This document shows positions 28,378-29,627 of a stretch of DNA of 29,627 nt, in pieces. The position numbers were made by a program, and so were the translations under genes. Below the pieces are notes generated by a model. It had not been told where the DNA came from and made no database searches. It saw only the letters and a program-made list of their open reading frames with translations. Position 1 is the stretch's first letter. Every line of letters begins with the position of its first letter. The DNA is from Candidatus Hydrogenedentota bacterium (GTDB taxonomy: Bacteria > Hydrogenedentota > Hydrogenedentia > Hydrogenedentales > SLHB01): the NCBI GenBank assembly GCA_034408725.1, contig JAWXCN010000024.1:1-29627 (forward strand), written 5' to 3'.

Positions 28378-29376
28378 CTATTTCTTTCTTCCCAGCGCCT
28401 CTTCCAGAAACAACGTCAGCATCTCCGGGAACGGTATCCCCGCCGCCGCCGCCGCCTGCGGGAACAGCGACGTCTCCGTCATGCCCGGAATTGTATTCAC
28501 TTCGATCCAGACCGGGTCATCGCCGTCGAGAATGAAATCGCTGCGGGAAAATCCCTTGCACCCCACGACGATATGCACACATTCTGCGATGTCCTGCACC
28601 TTCTTCGTGAACTCCGGCGAGATGCGTGCCGGCGTGATTTCATTGCACGCGCCCGGCGTGTATTTCGCTTCGTAGTCAAAGAACTCCGAATGCACCGGGC
28701 AAATCTCCGTCACTGGCAGCGCCCGAGGCGGTTTTGCCGGTTCTGTGTCCAGCACTGCGCACGTCAACTCGATGCCATTGATAAACCGCTCGATCATCAC
28801 CAAATCGCCGTACATGAATACATCGAGCAAACTCTTCTTAAAGTGCCCGGCATCTTTAGGAATGGCCATGCCGATGCTCGACCCCTGGCACGGACTCTTG
28901 ATGAGACACGGGTACCCAAATTCTGCGGCAACCCGCTTTAACGCGCCTCCCTGGTCCGCGTCCCATTCCGCGCGCGTGAGCAGAAACTGGTCCGATACCC
29001 GGACTCCCGCCTGCCGCGCCACGGCTTTCGAATGTATCTTGTCAATGGCCAACGCGCTTGCCGCGCACCCCGAGCCGGTATAGGGCAATCCATACAGATC
29101 GAATAATCCCTGTAACCGCCCGTCCTCGCCGAAGGGTCCGTGCAATGCGATGAACGCACAATCGACGCGCAATTCGCGCAAGCGTGGGAGAGCGCCGTAA
29201 ATGTCCAGCGGGTCCTCCCCCGGAAACTTCCATAGCCCGTCTCGCGAAATAATCGCCTGGGTGACGTCGTATTTTGCGCGGTCCAGGTTTCCGCTCACCA
29301 TCGCGCCACTCTTGAGCGACACTTCGTGCTCCGAACTCACGCCTCCCATTACCACGGCCACATGGGTCTTTTTCAT
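28378..29376 (-). CDS. ddl: D-alanine--D-alanine ligase
   Basis: VVMGGVSSEHEVSL, ALHGPFGEDG, QGSSIG, FFDYEAKY (Tyr, D-Ala-D-Ala type), EVNTIPGMTETSL; ATG at 29376 after GGGAGA. Confidence 0.95.
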   Translation of the reverse strand: MKKTHVAVVMGGVSSEHEVSLKSGAMVSGNLDRAKYDVTQAIISRDGLWKFPGEDPLDIYGALPRLRELRVDCAFIALHGPFGEDGRLQGLFDLYGLPYTGSGCAASALAIDKIHSKAVARQAGVRVSDQFLLTRAEWDADQGGALKRVAAEFGYPCLIKSPCQGSSIGMAIPKDAGHFKKSLLDVFMYGDLVMIERFINGIELTCAVLDTEPAKPPRALPVTEICPVHSEFFDYEAKYTPGACNEITPARISPEFTKKVQDIAECVHIVVGCKGFSRSDFILDGDDPVWIEVNTIPGMTETSLFPQAAAAAGIPFPEMLTLFLEEALGRKK

Positions 29377-29530
29377 GGTCTCTCCCGCTTCCTGTAAAGA
29401 AGGCGGCCGCGCGGAGCCGCCCTGACAATCCGGACGCGCCAGCATAGCATCGGGCGCGCGCGCGCTTCATTGATCCCTTCGCGATGCGCCAAAGTTTCTT
29501 GGAGATCGATAGTTGTCGTTTTCAAACGAC

Positions 29531-29561
29531 ATCCCCCTAAATCCCCCTTCAAAGGGGGACT
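29531..29561. repeat. Short palindromic extragenic element ATCCCCCTAAATCCCCCTTCAAAGGGGGACT
   Basis: TCCCCCTT (29542-29549) / AAGGGGGA (29552-29559) stem preceded by a direct repeat of ATCCCCCT. Confidence 0.6.
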
Positions 29562-29627
29562 TAATGCAGGCCATTCAAAAGCTTGTGATACACAAACGCT
29601 AAATGGCCCAATCTCCTCTAACAGCCC

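Noticed and set aside
28015-28941. 308-aa plus-strand ORF
   Set aside because: Antisense to ddl and the GxxExxY pseudogene, with no coherent protein features.
28378-29376. VanA-type D-Ala-D-Lac ligase
   Set aside because: The omega loop reads DYEAKY with Tyr, and no van genes are adjacent.

Overview
GC-rich bacterial chromosomal segment; gene style and repeat families suggest a Hydrogenedentota/PVC-like organism, which is an inference only. Left to right it holds: a 3 x 108-bp tandem array with REP-like hairpins; a coupled lipoprotein + COG5526-type lysozyme-like gene pair; two tandem membrane Ser/Thr kinases with C-terminal beta-propeller-like domains behind a near-consensus sigma70 promoter; a divergent pair of large secreted proteins (DUF4861-like and GHL10-like); an 8-gene surface-glycan operon (GT2, methyltransferase, acyltransferase, three GT4, GT9, AsnB); an AMMECR1-like/helical-barrel membrane protein with a Tat sulfatase; SGNH, alpha/beta-hydrolase and lipoprotein genes; and ddl-dapF. 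The most distinctive structure is a ~480-bp cassette between ddl and dapF: a decayed GxxExxY PD-(D/E)XK nuclease gene bounded by 29-bp inverted repeats built from short tandem units, consistent with a transposase-less insertion element. The DapF has Ser in place of the second catalytic Cys. All calls come from reading motifs by eye; no database searches were run.
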